This document shows, one piece after another, positions 27,445 to 40,801 of a DNA stretch of 57,157 bases. How positions within the stretch are numbered: the first letter of the stretch is position 1; every line of letters begins with the position of its first letter. This stretch comes from Octopus bimaculoides (taxonomy: Eukaryota): NCBI RefSeq assembly GCF_001194135.2, contig NC_068998.1, forward strand, positions 315,471 to 372,627. The letters run 5' to 3'. A program made the position numbers and the translations under genes. The notes under the pieces are model-generated. The model was given only the letters and a program-made list of their open reading frames with translations, was not told where the DNA came from and ran no database searches.

Positions 27445-27665
27445 TCAGCCCTTTAACATCCAGATTATTCTGTCAAATCTGATGCTGAATTATTCATTGT
27501 TTTGAATAAGTGATCTTGTAACCTCAAGATTTTGATGATGTGATTGTTTATCTTTAGAATGACATTGTAGGGTAGGTGTAAGAGGCCAGACCTGGCCATT
27601 TTCAATGTAAGACAGGTGGAATATTTGGGCCACAGATATGATTGGTTGAAATGCCAAAGGGTTAA
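27445..27665. mobile_element. piggyBac-like MITE, about 220 bp
   Basis: Right end atgccaaagggTTAA; left end tcagccctttaacat is a degenerate TTAACCCTTT(A/G)GCAT. A partial copy of the right half lies at about 1130-1216. TTAA flanks with CCC/GGG termini are piggyBac hallmarks. Confidence 0.55.
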
Positions 27666-28239
27666 AAGGAGAAAGTGATAACTGTGATGCCCAGGCCATA
27701 AAATGGACATTTTGGGGGGAATTGAAACAGAGAAAACTATTCCCCCATTTATGATAGCATGATACTTCTCAGAGTTTTGTCAACCAAAATAACAAACAAA
27801 ATTGTTAGCCAACTATTTCATTCTAGAACATACAGTGAAAAAAAAAAATGGATGAAATAAATTGAAATAACTTTATAAAAAAGAAATCATTTTTTTTTTC
27901 AGTTGAAAATGTTTTACAAAAAAAAAAAATTATTTCATAAAATTTAATATTTTCTAATGTTTTGTGTTTGTCTTTATAAAGACATGACACAAGCTCTTGC
28001 ACTGTCACCAATCACATATATATATGATATATTGGTCTTTTTAAAAGACTTTAGTTTGAGTTTTTTTAACAGCTTTCTTATATCTTTCATAACAGAATTT
28101 TTTTAAACCTCTAATTTCTGTTGACATGGTTAACACAGAAAACTCACGTTTTTTTTTTACCATGTTAGTCTCTCTTCTGTCAATGTCTCTACTGTAAAAT
28201 ATTAAGTCATATAAAAAACCAGATCACACACGCATACGT

Positions 28240-28283
<44 letters not shown>

Positions 28284-29623
28284 CTGATATTACATCTGTT
28301 AGATTAAACATTTTTTCCTCTCTTTTTTTTTTTTACCCTATCTGTCCTGTCACTATAAAATATGGAACCAAAGGTTAGCAGTGTGGAACCATTCAATGAG
28401 AAATATCTAAGAATAATTAATGTTGACCAAAATATTTGACATTTTAACTCAGTCAACACAGTTTGAGAATCTCTTTGTAAATGTAAATGATTAAGTTCCA
28501 ACAAGGATGTGTAACGAGCTGAAGGGACATTATCTCATCACTAATATCTATTAGTGACTGAAGAGCTCCAAGTCGGTCCTAATCAAAGACACTCCAACTA
28601 TAGCCACCCCATTTTTTTTAGAGGTATCTAAAGACTACATTGTCTTTTGTGGTTTTTATTTAAAATAGTAAGCATGATCCTCTTAGCAATATCGTAGGAC
28701 CCTGGATAAATCATTGCTCTGTTTCCTGTACAACTTATTTGTTAACAGCAAACCACAACATAAATAGACTAGAATTAGGTCCCTAGACTTGTTGGGCTCC
28801 TTGATCTTTTCAGCCCCTAAACTTGTTGATTCCCTGGGCAACTGCCTAATGTGTCCATACCTTAAAACAGCACTAATGGTAGGATGTGATAAGAGGAATG
28901 TTTGGCTGCTATTTTTAGTTGGTGAAATTCCCTTCATACAGGCTTGTTTGTTGGCTTCTATATAACAGTGTATATTTATGTTGGCTTCTATATTAACGAT
29001 GTATGTAATGTTGGTTTTTATGACAACCATTGTTTAATTTTATTCTTAGTGACTACCTGACTGTGGTTGTCTGACAAAGGCCTTCTCTAGTTCAATGAAT
29101 ATTCGGTAGAGAGGCTGTGTGGCAAAGAAGTTTACTTTGCATATATATATATATATATATATATATANNNNNNNNNNNNNNNNNNNNNNNNNNNNNNNNN
29201 NNNNNNNNNNNNNNNNNNNNNNNNNNNNNNNNNTATATATATGGGGTGGGGTGCATTGATAGTGAGCTAATTCAAAACAAATGTCACAGAAATACAAAAT
29301 GATGTTTTGTTTGTTAGCCTTCTTCCATGTCTGGCCTTTGTTCTGTTTATGTTTGAAGAATTAGGGAAAATATTACCTTACTTGGAAAGAGGTGATGTAA
29401 CAGGAAGAATAATTGGCTGCTGCAGGCTGGTGACAGGAAGAGCAATTCATTGTCTCAATAAATTTCACCTGACCTATGCAAGTATGGAAAAGTGCACACA
29501 CACATGTATGCATGTGCACACACACACACACACACACATTACAGTGGTTGGCATTAGAAATTGCTGGTTGCTTTTTTTCATGCCACCAAAACTAGTGAGG
29601 TTACCGTGTAGCTTGCAAGACTA

Positions 29624-29655
<32 letters not shown>

Positions 29656-29847
29656 CCTTGCTTTTGTTAATTTGAATTTTACACATTTTAAACATTGATT
29701 TTTCAGTAATAGATAGAAAATGTGAAGAGTTATTGAATTAACTGTATATTGCAGTGTTTTTGGATTGGAGTTATTTCCAGATTAACTTTCAGTAAATTTG
29801 GAACTAAAATATATTTCTCACAAATCTGAAATTGTTATCTTATCCAA

Positions 29848-29889
<42 letters not shown>

Positions 29890-31890
29890 TAATGGTGTGG
29901 AATGACCCCCATCAGTATGCTCAAAAACAAATAAAATAAATAGATACTAAAAGAGCATACAATAACTTGGTTCCATTGAAATTCATTTACCCTCGGCTCA
30001 ACTTGCTTTTTGTCTTTTATGAGGTTGATAAAATAAATAAGAAACAGTCAATATGATTCACAAAAGTTATCAAAGGCTGTGCTCCAGTGTGGCCACAGTC
30101 TGTTCCAATAAATAAAAGACAGTAATAGATTTATAAACCAATTTAATGTTTTAGTCTTGGCTTTAAATTCTTTAAATAATGTGATAAGGGACATTGCTCC
30201 TGGGTCTATAATTGTGACTGAGTTGGACCCATCTTTGTGGGGTGGGATGGTGGGGTTCCTGAAATGTTTTCACATTTGATGTTTTGAGAATCTGTAGGAT
30301 CTTGGTGCTGTTATTGTTTCTGAGTTGGTAACATTTTGGAAAACTGATTCTTATATTCTGACAAGAATTGTAAAACATTTTTGAAGTTGGAGTTAGAATT
30401 TATGAAATTAGTAACAGAGACTGTTTACAGGTGAACAGAAGAACATAATATTGATTTTGGTGATAATATTGGTTTGAATGAGTTTTCAGAAACCGTTTTT
30501 GTAGTTCCTATCAAAATATCTATTCATTCAAAGAAAGAGAAGTTTTGCTGGAATTTTGTCAGAATAAAATAAAATAAAATGAAAAAAAAAAAAGGGAAGT
30601 AAAATAGAAGTTCACACTGCAAGTGTTTATTTAGGTCAGAAATAAGACTTTTAGAAACATATTTATGACTTCCATTTTGTGATTGCATGATTCACACGTA
30701 CACACACACACACACTGACAGACACACATACATTATCACATCCACACATTATGTCAAGCCTACATTTGTTATCTCCCCCCCCNNNNNNNNNNCCTTCACT
30801 TGAGAGGTTGTCAAGTCCTCAGCAGGCAAGATTAAAGGCTTCACTTGCCCCTCTTTTCCCCACTTCCCTCTTATTTATCTCTGTTGAAGGTATACTGAGG
30901 AGGTAGGGGGGAGCCTTTTGTTGTGACACTGACATTACTTCGAGTTCATGGAAAAGGAGGGGAGGGAATAGTGGGGGGGGAGAGAGATGAAAAGATGGAA
31001 CAGTAGGTAAAAGAAGCAACAATATGATGGTAGAAGCAGAATGATAAGGGGTGGGGGGATGATGAGCAATAGCAAAGGTGGGTAAATGAATGGTGACAAG
31101 ACAAGTGAGTCAGGAGAGAGAGAGAGAGAGGGGGGGGGTGACTGGCAGTTTAGAAATGATGAAGTCTCAATAGAGATTGTATGTATAAACAGTTCACTGT
31201 TGTCTCTTATATATGGTTGTTGTGATGGGTAAGGAAGATAGAATGATTTATACAGTGGTGGTCAGTAATAGGAAGGGCATCTAGTCATAGAAACAACATA
31301 TAAGCATCCAACTATGAAGGAAGCGAGTCCCAGTAAGAACTGAGCTCTGATGATTTTTCCATCCCACATCAGCATCGAAAGTGGACATAACATGATGATG
31401 ATGACAATGATGATGACGGTGGTTATATACAGAGAGATACAGTTCTGACCAAAAGGCTGGATACAAAGAAAAATTCATTGTTTTTTAAAAACTAATTATC
31501 TATTCCAATGTTTGTAGCAAAATTAATTTCTATTCCCTGTAATTAGAAATATCATTTCATCATTTAATTAACATTTAAGATACTGCAAGTCACATCAATA
31601 TTTTACATATTTATGGAAAGGTTTTCTAAAACAAAGGGTTTGAACTGTTGCTGGCAATGGAGTCATTTTTAGGAAGATATCAGCTTAGCTAAGTGTGTGT
31701 GTGCGTGTGCGTGTGTGTGTGTGTATGTGTGTGTGTGTGTGTAGAACACTGGTAATCAGTTGATCAGGTTGGTGTGCAACAAAGGCACTGAAATGGTGCA
31801 TGATCTCTCCTGATGATCTCCTAAGCCCTCTCGACTTCCAATATGTGGAGCTTTTAATTAATGACATTTGCATCTGCAAGTTATTTGCTA

Positions 31891-31941
<51 letters not shown>

Positions 31942-32880
31942 GCTGTCAAGCTGGAAGGTGAAACTTGATGTGTGTGTAAATTGTCAGGATTTGAGCTCAG
32001 ATACTCAGATAGTCACTGGAACAAATACCACAAAGCACTCTATCCAACACTCTGCCGACTCTGCCAGTCAAATGGTATTTTATCCTTGGAAGGCTGAGAC
32101 TTCAGTGGGATTTGAATTGAGAATGTCAGAATCAACAGGGCATTATTTCTTTCAGTGCTCCACTGACTCAGCCAGGTTCATACTTTTGGATGAAGTAATG
32201 CAAACTTTTAACATTGGCATCAATCTATTTTTGGAGGTGGGTTTGAATGAATGATTTGATTGACCCCAGCACTTGACTGGCTCTTAATTATATTAACCCT
32301 GGAAGAATAAAAGTTACACACACACACACACATTATTCACACACTTACATCTTAGTGTAAATTGAATTACAAAGAGAAGCCAAACAATATATCGCTAAAA
32401 TTTAATTAAAATTTCAACTTAGTGTTGTGATTATTAAATCATGAGATGTGAAAAATTGAAAATATAAATAAGGCAGAATCAATTAAGTGGAGATTTCCAC
32501 AGAATGGAACATAACTGCAGAGAATATATCTACCAAATTCCAGAATAATGTAATCCCTTACCTTTACCCTAAACCCTAAACACAATTCTAGAGACCCCAT
32601 AAGAAGTGTTTCAACTGCTTTTATCATCTCATTAACAATGTCTACCTACACATATTTATGGGTCCAGCATCTAACAAATATTGTTCTTTTTCTGTATTCA
32701 GATTGCTTCTGGTCCCCTAATATCAACATTAATCTCCAACACCATTGACCATTCCCCCAATGCATCAAGCTGTTCCTGAAAAGACATGCATAAAAATTGT
32801 CAAATTTAACCCAGGCACCTTATATATATATATATGTATACAAAAATAAGAGGAATGACCAGCAAAAGTGGACTCCTATA

Positions 32881-33421
32881 TGCTAGAAATAGATGCCGAA
32901 TCATCTAACCATGAAGAAATATGTTCTCAGTAAAAAATTAGCGACACAGCAGACTGTAAAAGGGCAAGACAAATGAAAAAATACTAAAAAAAGAAAAGAA
33001 ATGATTAACCTACGTACCATGGTTTCACCTGTTAAAATTTACGGTATTTAAATAAATATATTCTCAAACCGGTTAATTAGCTGCAAAAATTTATTAACTG
33101 GAGAGTTATTTCCGGCCTTAGCGCGCCAGATTGAAGACATTTGAAGGGATACATTGAATGTAATTTGTAGAACTCTACACGTGCTCCATTTCGGGTGGAC
33201 GTGTTATGTCTAGTTCTGGAAAATATATTTTTAAATCGACAAACTACGCTGATGATCCTGCAGATATTTACTTACGTAAATTTTAACAGGTGAAACCATG
33301 GTACGTAGGTTAATCGTTTTTTTTTTCATTTGTCTTGCCCTTTTACAGTCTGTTGTGTCGCTAATTTTTTACTGAGAACATATTTCTTCGTGGTTAGATG
33401 ATTCGGCATCTATTTCTAGCA
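32881..33421. mobile_element. Foldback/MITE-like element with long inverted arms
   Basis: 32881-33043 is the reverse complement of 33275-33421, with 3 substitutions and one A-rich indel; 231-nt spacer. The right arm runs into a gap; TA-rich tracts lie just upstream and beyond the gap. Confidence 0.85.
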
Positions 33422-34016
33422 NNNNNNNNNNNNNNNNNNNNNNNNNNNNNNNNNNNNNNNNNNNNNNNNNNNNNNNNNNNNNNNNNNNNNNNNNNNNNNN
33501 NNNNNNNNNNNNNNNNNNNNNNNNNNNNNNNNNNNNNNNNNNNNNNNNNNNNNNNNNNNNNNNNNNNNNNNNNNNNNNNNNNNNNNNNNNNNNNNNNNNN
33601 NNNNNNNNNNNNNNNNNNNNNNNNNNNNNNNNNNNNNNNNNNNNNNNNNNNNNNNNNNNNNNNNNNNNNNNNNNNNNNNNNNNNNNNNNNNNNNNNNNNN
33701 NNNNNNNNNNNNNNNNNNNNNNNNNNNNNNNNNNNNNNNNNNNNNNNNNNNNNNNNNNNNNNNNNNNNNNNNNNNNNNNNNNNNNNNNNNNNNNNNNNNN
33801 NNNNNNNNNNNNNNNNNNNNNNNNNNNNNNNNNNNNNNNNNNNNNNNNNNNNNNNNNNNNNNNNNNNNNNNNNNNNNNNNNNNNNNNNNNNNNNNNNNNN
33901 NNNNNNNNNNTGTGTATATATATGTTTGTGTATATATATGTATGTGTATATATATGTGTATATATATGTATATATATGTGTATATATATGTGTATATATG
34001 TGTATATATATATATG

Positions 34017-34052
<36 letters not shown>

Positions 34053-34921
34053 TGTTTAGGTGTGTGTTACTGAAGATATTCATAGTTTACAGTCAGATTC
34101 ATTAATTACCTTGGCCTTCTAATTAGTTATCAGCATGTTTTATTACCGATGCACATCAGTGCCAATTTACTGATAATAAAATATTGATGTTATTGTTGAT
34201 GATGATGATACATCTAGGTTGGCAGTGGTGGAGGATGGTACTTGTAACTCGATTCAGTTAACCTCAGTTTTCAATTATTGCCACAGAAGTTATCAATCTC
34301 TCAGATCTGATATCTAACAGCAACTACTGGGATTTGAACTCACATGCGAGCTAATGATGTCACCAAATTTCTTAGGATACTTAGCACAACACTTCTACCA
34401 TTTTCTCTTCTTACAACAACAACAACAACAACAACAGCAACAAACACCAGCTGTGATACAAATTGTATGCCACACATTCTGTGAACATAATTAATTGAAC
34501 CAGAGACACACTGTGATGTGAATTAGTTGTTAATTGAAATGTTAAAGAAACAGTTGAAGAGAAAAACTTATTAATATTTTACACACACACAGACACACAT
34601 GCACACACACATGCATACATATACACATGCCTACACATCTGGTATAGACCATAGAGGAATAAAATGATGCAAAATATTCTCCAATTTCGTTTTGTTAAAA
34701 TGTTTCAAATATCAAAACCTTAATGGAGACTTTAAAAGCAATTGGCTTTTATAGACCGTTTTTCTGGTTTCGTGGTTATTGACTTTGTAGTGCCACAGCT
34801 ATGAAACCGGTCAGTCTGACTATTTCACATGAAAAGGTCAATCTAACTACTTTATACATGAGATCAGTCTGATTCTCTGTAACGTCAGTCTAACTTCTTT
34901 ATATAAAAAGGGAGTCTACTT

Positions 34922-35382
34922 TATGAAGGGGTATCAAAAAATTCCCGGACTAGTTCTGTAGTACTCCAACAGATGGCAGCACATGGTTGTGTGTGCAGTG
35001 AGAGCTAGCAGTGACCTTCGTGAGGCACTGTGCCGAGTGACATTGCTGTGTTTACTTTGTAAGCCGTGAATTTTGTACTTTTGTGATCACATATGTCTGC
35101 TGTAGTTTGCGATTTTGTCGAATTTTTCATTAAACTTTGGAAGTCTGCCACAGAGGCATCGAGCATACTTCAGCAAGCTTACGGGGAAGAAGCAATGGGT
35201 CGCACGCAATGCTTCAAGTGGCACAGGTGTTTCAAAAATGGAAGAACATCCCTGGAAGACAATGAGTGACCTGGAAGGCCTACCATGAACATCACCCTGG
35301 AAATGTTGAGAAAATTTGTCAGAGGACAATCAATGATGTTTTGAAGCGTTTGAGGGAGGACAAAAGGACAAAAGATCTGTGG
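34922..35382 (+). mobile_element. Mariner transposon remnant: left end and internally deleted transposase
   Basis: TA followed by tgaaggggtatcaaaaaattcccggact (TIR-like). 35120-35286 reads EFFIKLWKSATEASSILQQAYGEEAMGRTQCFKWHRCFKNGRTSLEDNE*PGRPT, the mariner HTH region; DVLKRLRED follows. Confidence 0.85.
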
Positions 35383-35604
35383 AGTGCTTGCTAGCTGTCG
35401 ATGCTTATTCACTTTTGAATAAGCTGACCAAAACAGAGTAAAAAGAAATCTTTGATTAACTGAGACTATCCATGTAATGAGTTAACCAAAACTCCCACTA
35501 GGGATGTTTAAAATCTGTAAAATAATAAGCATTGAGTGGCAATCTACTTGAAACCTATCTAATATTTAGTATGGGTCTTCTTGATTACAGCAGGGTGCCA
35601 GGTA

Positions 35605-35946
35605 TCACGAGGTGACAAAAGACCAAGATGACTGGCATCTTGCTGTACTTCCACGGCAGAAGTGTTAAGGCCACTCCCCACCACCCTTGTGAAGAGGATC
35701 GGCCTACAAGAGTCCTGTGCTGGTGCCATGTAAAAAGTACTCGTGCCAGTGCCCCTCATACGGTGCCTCATAAAACCACCCAGTAAACTCTGTGAAGTGG
35801 TTGGTGTTAGGAAGGGCATCCAGTTCTAGAAACGATGCCACAACAGCCACAGAAACCTGGTGCCGCTCTCCAGCTGGCCAGCCCTGGTCAGGCAGTCCAA
35901 CCCATACCAGCATGGGCAACGGATGTTAAAGGATGATGATGATGAT
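35605..35946 (+). mobile_element. RTE LINE 3' end (older subfamily)
   Basis: ORF end VTKDQDDWHLAVL, then ttaggaagggcatccag...ccaacccataccagcatgg...gttaaag(gat)n. Confidence 0.75.
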
Positions 35947-37527
35947 TTAGAATATAAGAATATTCCTGCAGATAGTTTCTCTTTAGCCATGTTGCTGATA
36001 GAGAATAGTTAGATCCAAGAATAATTCTAATTACTTTAATGAAACGGTGTGTGTGTGGGGTGGGGTTCAGCTCCTCTAATTATAACGAAATAACAGCCAC
36101 ACTTCATGGCATGGTATGTGTGTGTGTGTGTGGGGGGGGGAAGTTGCTATGGAGTATGTGAGTAATTAAGAATGTTGGGGGTTTGGGTGGGCCATGGCAG
36201 GTGGGACTGAGTAACTTCCTATGAGTATAGGGGTCAAAATCCCGAGGCTTGGAACTGATTAGTCCTGAAACTAAAGGACTGCAGAATGTCTGGTGTTGTT
36301 TGGAAAAGGAAGAATTGAGGCTGAGGAGAAATTGTCTTCAACCAGGGGAAAAGAGAATCAAAACCCATTGTTGTTGTTGTTGTCATTGATGTTATTGTTG
36401 CTGGTGGTGGTGGTGTAGGAGTTGGAGAGAGAGAAAGAGATTGGTAAGGACAGAACAACATGTTTAACTGCTATTACTATGCATGCTGCTGTTACTACTT
36501 TTATTACAACCACCACTACTACTGCTGCTGCTACCACTACCATCACCATAAACACTACTACTACTACTACTACTACTGTGAGCATACAGTCATGTCATTG
36601 GGACTGCCAGTCAGCAGTTGAAAGGAATGACCTGCAGCCGATGGTAGACACATGCAGGCTTAGCAGCTGATGAAGAAATTGTCTTTCGGCTGAAGGCATA
36701 CGAGAAGAACAAAATTAATATATATATATAGCTTTATATATGAGAATGTATGTGTTTATTCGTGTGTGTGTATGTGTGTGTGCATGCATGTTGGTCTTAC
36801 TTCTTAGCCTCTTTATTGTAACCATTCAATTTACATGAATCGAAATGAATCATCAAAATGAAAAATCTTCATTACTATAATTATTTCCAGTTTCATCCTC
36901 CAGTCCTTCGTCATATCTGCTACTCATTCATTACAACCATAATAACCATCTTCATGCCATTCCTTATTTCTCTCTGCAGGATGCTCCAAGTTATTTTGGA
37001 TTGAAAAGGAAAACTGTTGATCTCACAAGAGACTGGTTTTCTGCAAGAATTTCTTTCAATTATGTTAAAGAGTTGTGCTTTCTTTTTTATATGTTGTTTC
37101 TTCATCATTTATTATCTTTTTATTTTATTTTATAGAAGTACTCTTTACTCTAATTGAACAAATTGTTTTTTTAAGTGAAGTGTAAAATCACTGCTGTGTT
37201 ATATTGCAGAATCATAAAACCTTTGCTAACATAGAAAATTGGGCAGCAATAGTGATGATTAATGAGTGACTGCACACATTGACATCGTCATCCCCCCCCC
37301 CCTACCCACACCTATTGAAGTCTTCAATGGAAACAAACTAGAAATAACTCGACATTTATAATAACTGACCTCAATTTTATGTTTTAAAAATTATTTTTTA
37401 ATGACTTCACATCATTATTCATTATTATTATCATTGCCAATTAATTCTCTCACAATGTGTGATAGTTCTAAGAATGGAACTGGTTGAATCTGGTGTCGAG
37501 AGCCAAACTAAAAGACCTTGCTCTACT

Positions 37528-37694
37528 TCTGTTTATATTTGTATGTATAAGCAGTTTGCCTCCCAACCACATGATTCCAGGTTCAGTCCCACTACATGGC
37601 ACCTTGGGCAACAGTCTTCTACTACAGCTTCAAGCTGACCAAAGCCTTGTGAGTAGCTTTAGTCAGTAGAAATGGAAAGAAGCCTGATGTGCAT

Positions 37695-37733
<39 letters not shown>

Positions 37734-38034
37734 ATCATCATCATCATCAATCATTTAATGTCCATTTCCCCATGCTGGGATTGGTTGGGTAGTTTGACTG
37801 GCTGGGTGGTTTGATTGGTTGGTGTGTGTGTGTGTGTCTCCCACCAGTGCTTGCTGACTGGTGTTGATGTGATTATATCTGCATAACTTAGTGGTTCGGC
37901 AAAAGGGACCAATAGAATAAGCACCCGGTTTTAAAAAAATATGAAGCACTGGGGTTGATTTGTTTGACTAAAATTTTTCAAGGCATTGCCCCAGCATGGC
38001 CACAGTTTAATGATTGAAACAAGTAAAAGAAAGA
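37528..38034 (+). mobile_element. Full-length SINE with a nested minus-strand RTE tail at about 37735-37800
   Basis: Head, central (TG)n, body and gaaacaagtaaaaga tail; catcatcatc..tttaatgtcc..ccatgctggg is inserted in the central tract. Confidence 0.75.
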
Positions 38035-38106
38035 TATGTTTGTATGCATTTATATAAAAAAAAAAAAGTGATATTTATGTGTTTTTTTTTGTTCTCTTTC
38101 TTGAAG

Positions 38107-38219
38107 GGGTCCATTCAGTGTGGTACGAAGATGTGTCCATCGAGAGAGTGGACAACAATTTGCTGTGAAAATTGTGGATGTTGCCAAATTTACTTCCAGT
38201 CCCGGTCTTAGTTCAGATG
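38107..38219 (+). CDS. CASK: CASK/LIN-2 coding exon (equivalent of human exon 2), kinase N-lobe
   Basis: Polypyrimidine tract, AAG acceptor and G|GTAAGT donor; 113 nt. Translates (K)[37 protein letters not shown], near-identical to [31 protein letters not shown]. Confidence 0.97.
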
Positions 38220-40801
38220 GTAAGTTCTAAGTTTGATTAAAAGACCATATTGTATTGACTTTTTAAAATCGATTGCTGGATAAATCTTTGAATAAATAAT
38301 GTCTTATGTAAGTGTATTGTTGTTTGGTCAGGAGATGGCTGTAGCTGGACGGTTGGCTGTCAATAGGTTTTCATCCATGCAATCTAGCTATATCAAGAAC
38401 AACAAAATCAATAATATTTTCAGAGTTAAATCAGAAAAGAAGTATTTAACAAGTGGTTATGATATCATGTGAGGAATAAATTATGTTAATTTTTTAACTG
38501 TATTTGTTGTCTAGTTAGGTGTACATGGTTATACTAGTGATGGCAGGAGCAGCTCTGGTGTGTTTCTGCTTTTGTATTCATGTACGCTTGTCTGCTGGTC
38601 ACTGTTCACCAGTTCAAGCCTTGTTACAGCAATTGTGAAACTCAAGATTGCAGCTCATCACTCTTTCATTGCCTCAGTCTGCTGGATTGACAGAAGGTTC
38701 AATATCTTGTTGAGTAGCTCAAGTGAAGTGTGATGAAACAAATGTGCTTAAAGAATAGTCACATGTTTAGGTCACATGATTTCATTTCTAGAGCCCCCAA
38801 CACCTTCTGTTCCCAGGTTCAGTGACTTGATAGAAGCTCCCTTGTTGACCCCTATTAACACAAACTTTTATTTCCTTATTAAGAGAAATCCATTCATTCA
38901 ACAATAACAAGCCCTTCAAACATGTTATCACAATAAAAAATAAATCAATGAGATTTTATTGATTTCTCAATTATTATTGATTGTTTCTGTGACATCAACC
39001 TTTCAAACAATCTACTCATCAGTTATAACACTGAAACTAGATCTCATTATATANNNNNNNNNNTAATTTGATAATGAAATCATGGTTTTTTTATCATTTT
39101 TTTTCAGTTTTTGTTTTCATTTCACCATTATGTTTTTTTCTCTGAAAGAATCAATTTTCTGTTTAGGACAGAATGCTACCATGTTTGTTTGTTTGTTTTT
39201 TTTTTTGTATTATTGCAAATTTTGAAGTTAATTTAACAGGTCAGTATAATTACAATTGTAAGACAAATGTGAAGGGATCAATTTGAAAAGGTTCTATAGC
39301 TTTGATGGGTCCTAAGATGGCAACTGGTAAAAGACTGACAGATCAGGATTGGATTAAGGAATGGTAAAGCTGAAAGAAGTGATAGACTATGTTGTAGATT
39401 ATGTTGTATAAAAATCTATTTAAACTCTGTGTTCATGAAGGACAATAAAAAAAAATGATGTTGAGGAGTGAAATGGTAAACTACCGTTGATGAAGAAGAT
39501 TTAATTGGTTAAATTGAAGATTGTGGAATCATTGATAGGTATTAGTTAGAAAATAAATTATTTTCCTGTAAACATTAACAACATTTTATCTGTTAGTCTG
39601 CCATTCTTTCTGCATTTTCAAATTCTTTCCATGTCTTTCTCATTTGATTTTAGTTTCTTTTCTCTATCCTTGGCAATTAATAACTCTTCAGCTTTAATTA
39701 AACTCATTTTACACTTTTTGAACATCATTACCTCCATCAATTGATGTGTGTGTGTGTGTGTGTGTGTATATGTATGTGCATGCATCAGAGATGTCTTATC
39801 CTGCCTGGAAGTTGTTTGTATGTTGTATACACTTTTAATCTGTGAACATCACACACACACATTTGTGTGTGTGTGTGTGTAAATACAGCCACATGCACAC
39901 ATGCAGGCTACGCTGCATGAACACAGAGTCTTTTCTATTTGTTTCTATCTATGTTTGTATTGAAGCTGTTTCAGTCTGAAAATCATCTTGAGGCATCTAA
40001 AATCAATTTATTCGTTGATCAGTTTTCCTGGAAGCCAAAACTGAACTTATTTTTATTATCTCATTGATTCTAAGGATTACTTCTGACTTATCACTAACAA
40101 ACAGTTACCTTAACGACACATTAGCAACAACACTTCAATTACTTAGCTCTCGTTTTCTCTCTCTCCCAACTTAAACATCTGTTTAATAAACATACTTTCA
40201 ACACACATCTCCTTAAATCTCTTCTTTTTAATGAAGTTCATTTTGTTTCATTATTAAACAGGTTAATTTTGCATTTCATTTATGCTCCATGACACTCTCC
40301 TACTCTCAAAGAATCCCATCTATATTTTACTGTTTATTGACTTAGATACACTCAACCAACTTTCTCTACCTCTGCCCAAACTGTTTACACTGTTTCTATT
40401 ACACAACAAACTGAAAACATGGAAGCTGCCAATACACATCAAATGCACTTCACTTTTACTAGCTCCTCCCCGTCCTCCTCTTCCTCTCACCTTAATTCCA
40501 CTTTGCTTTCTGTATAATATGCTAACATCTCATTTTATAGCTGAAGCAGCGCCAGTTCCATGTTGGCTTTTCTTTTCTCATTAATTTACTCGCTTTTAAG
40601 AAACCTTTCATCTTGAAAAACAGCAACATGCTCCAATTCACTTTGGAATAAATCATGGAAACAAATGTTAGCCGTCTTCGCAACTAAACTGGATTTCTTT
40701 AGAATCAAACACAGTTTGGGGATTTAAACCTGTCAATAATTGCAGCTTAAAGTGGTGGATATTTTAGACAGAGGAAATCAGATCGTTACACCTTAACACA
40801 T

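Noticed and set aside
36358-36670. Thr-rich and Val-rich ORFs
   Set aside because: Trinucleotide ACT/GCT/ACC microsatellite.
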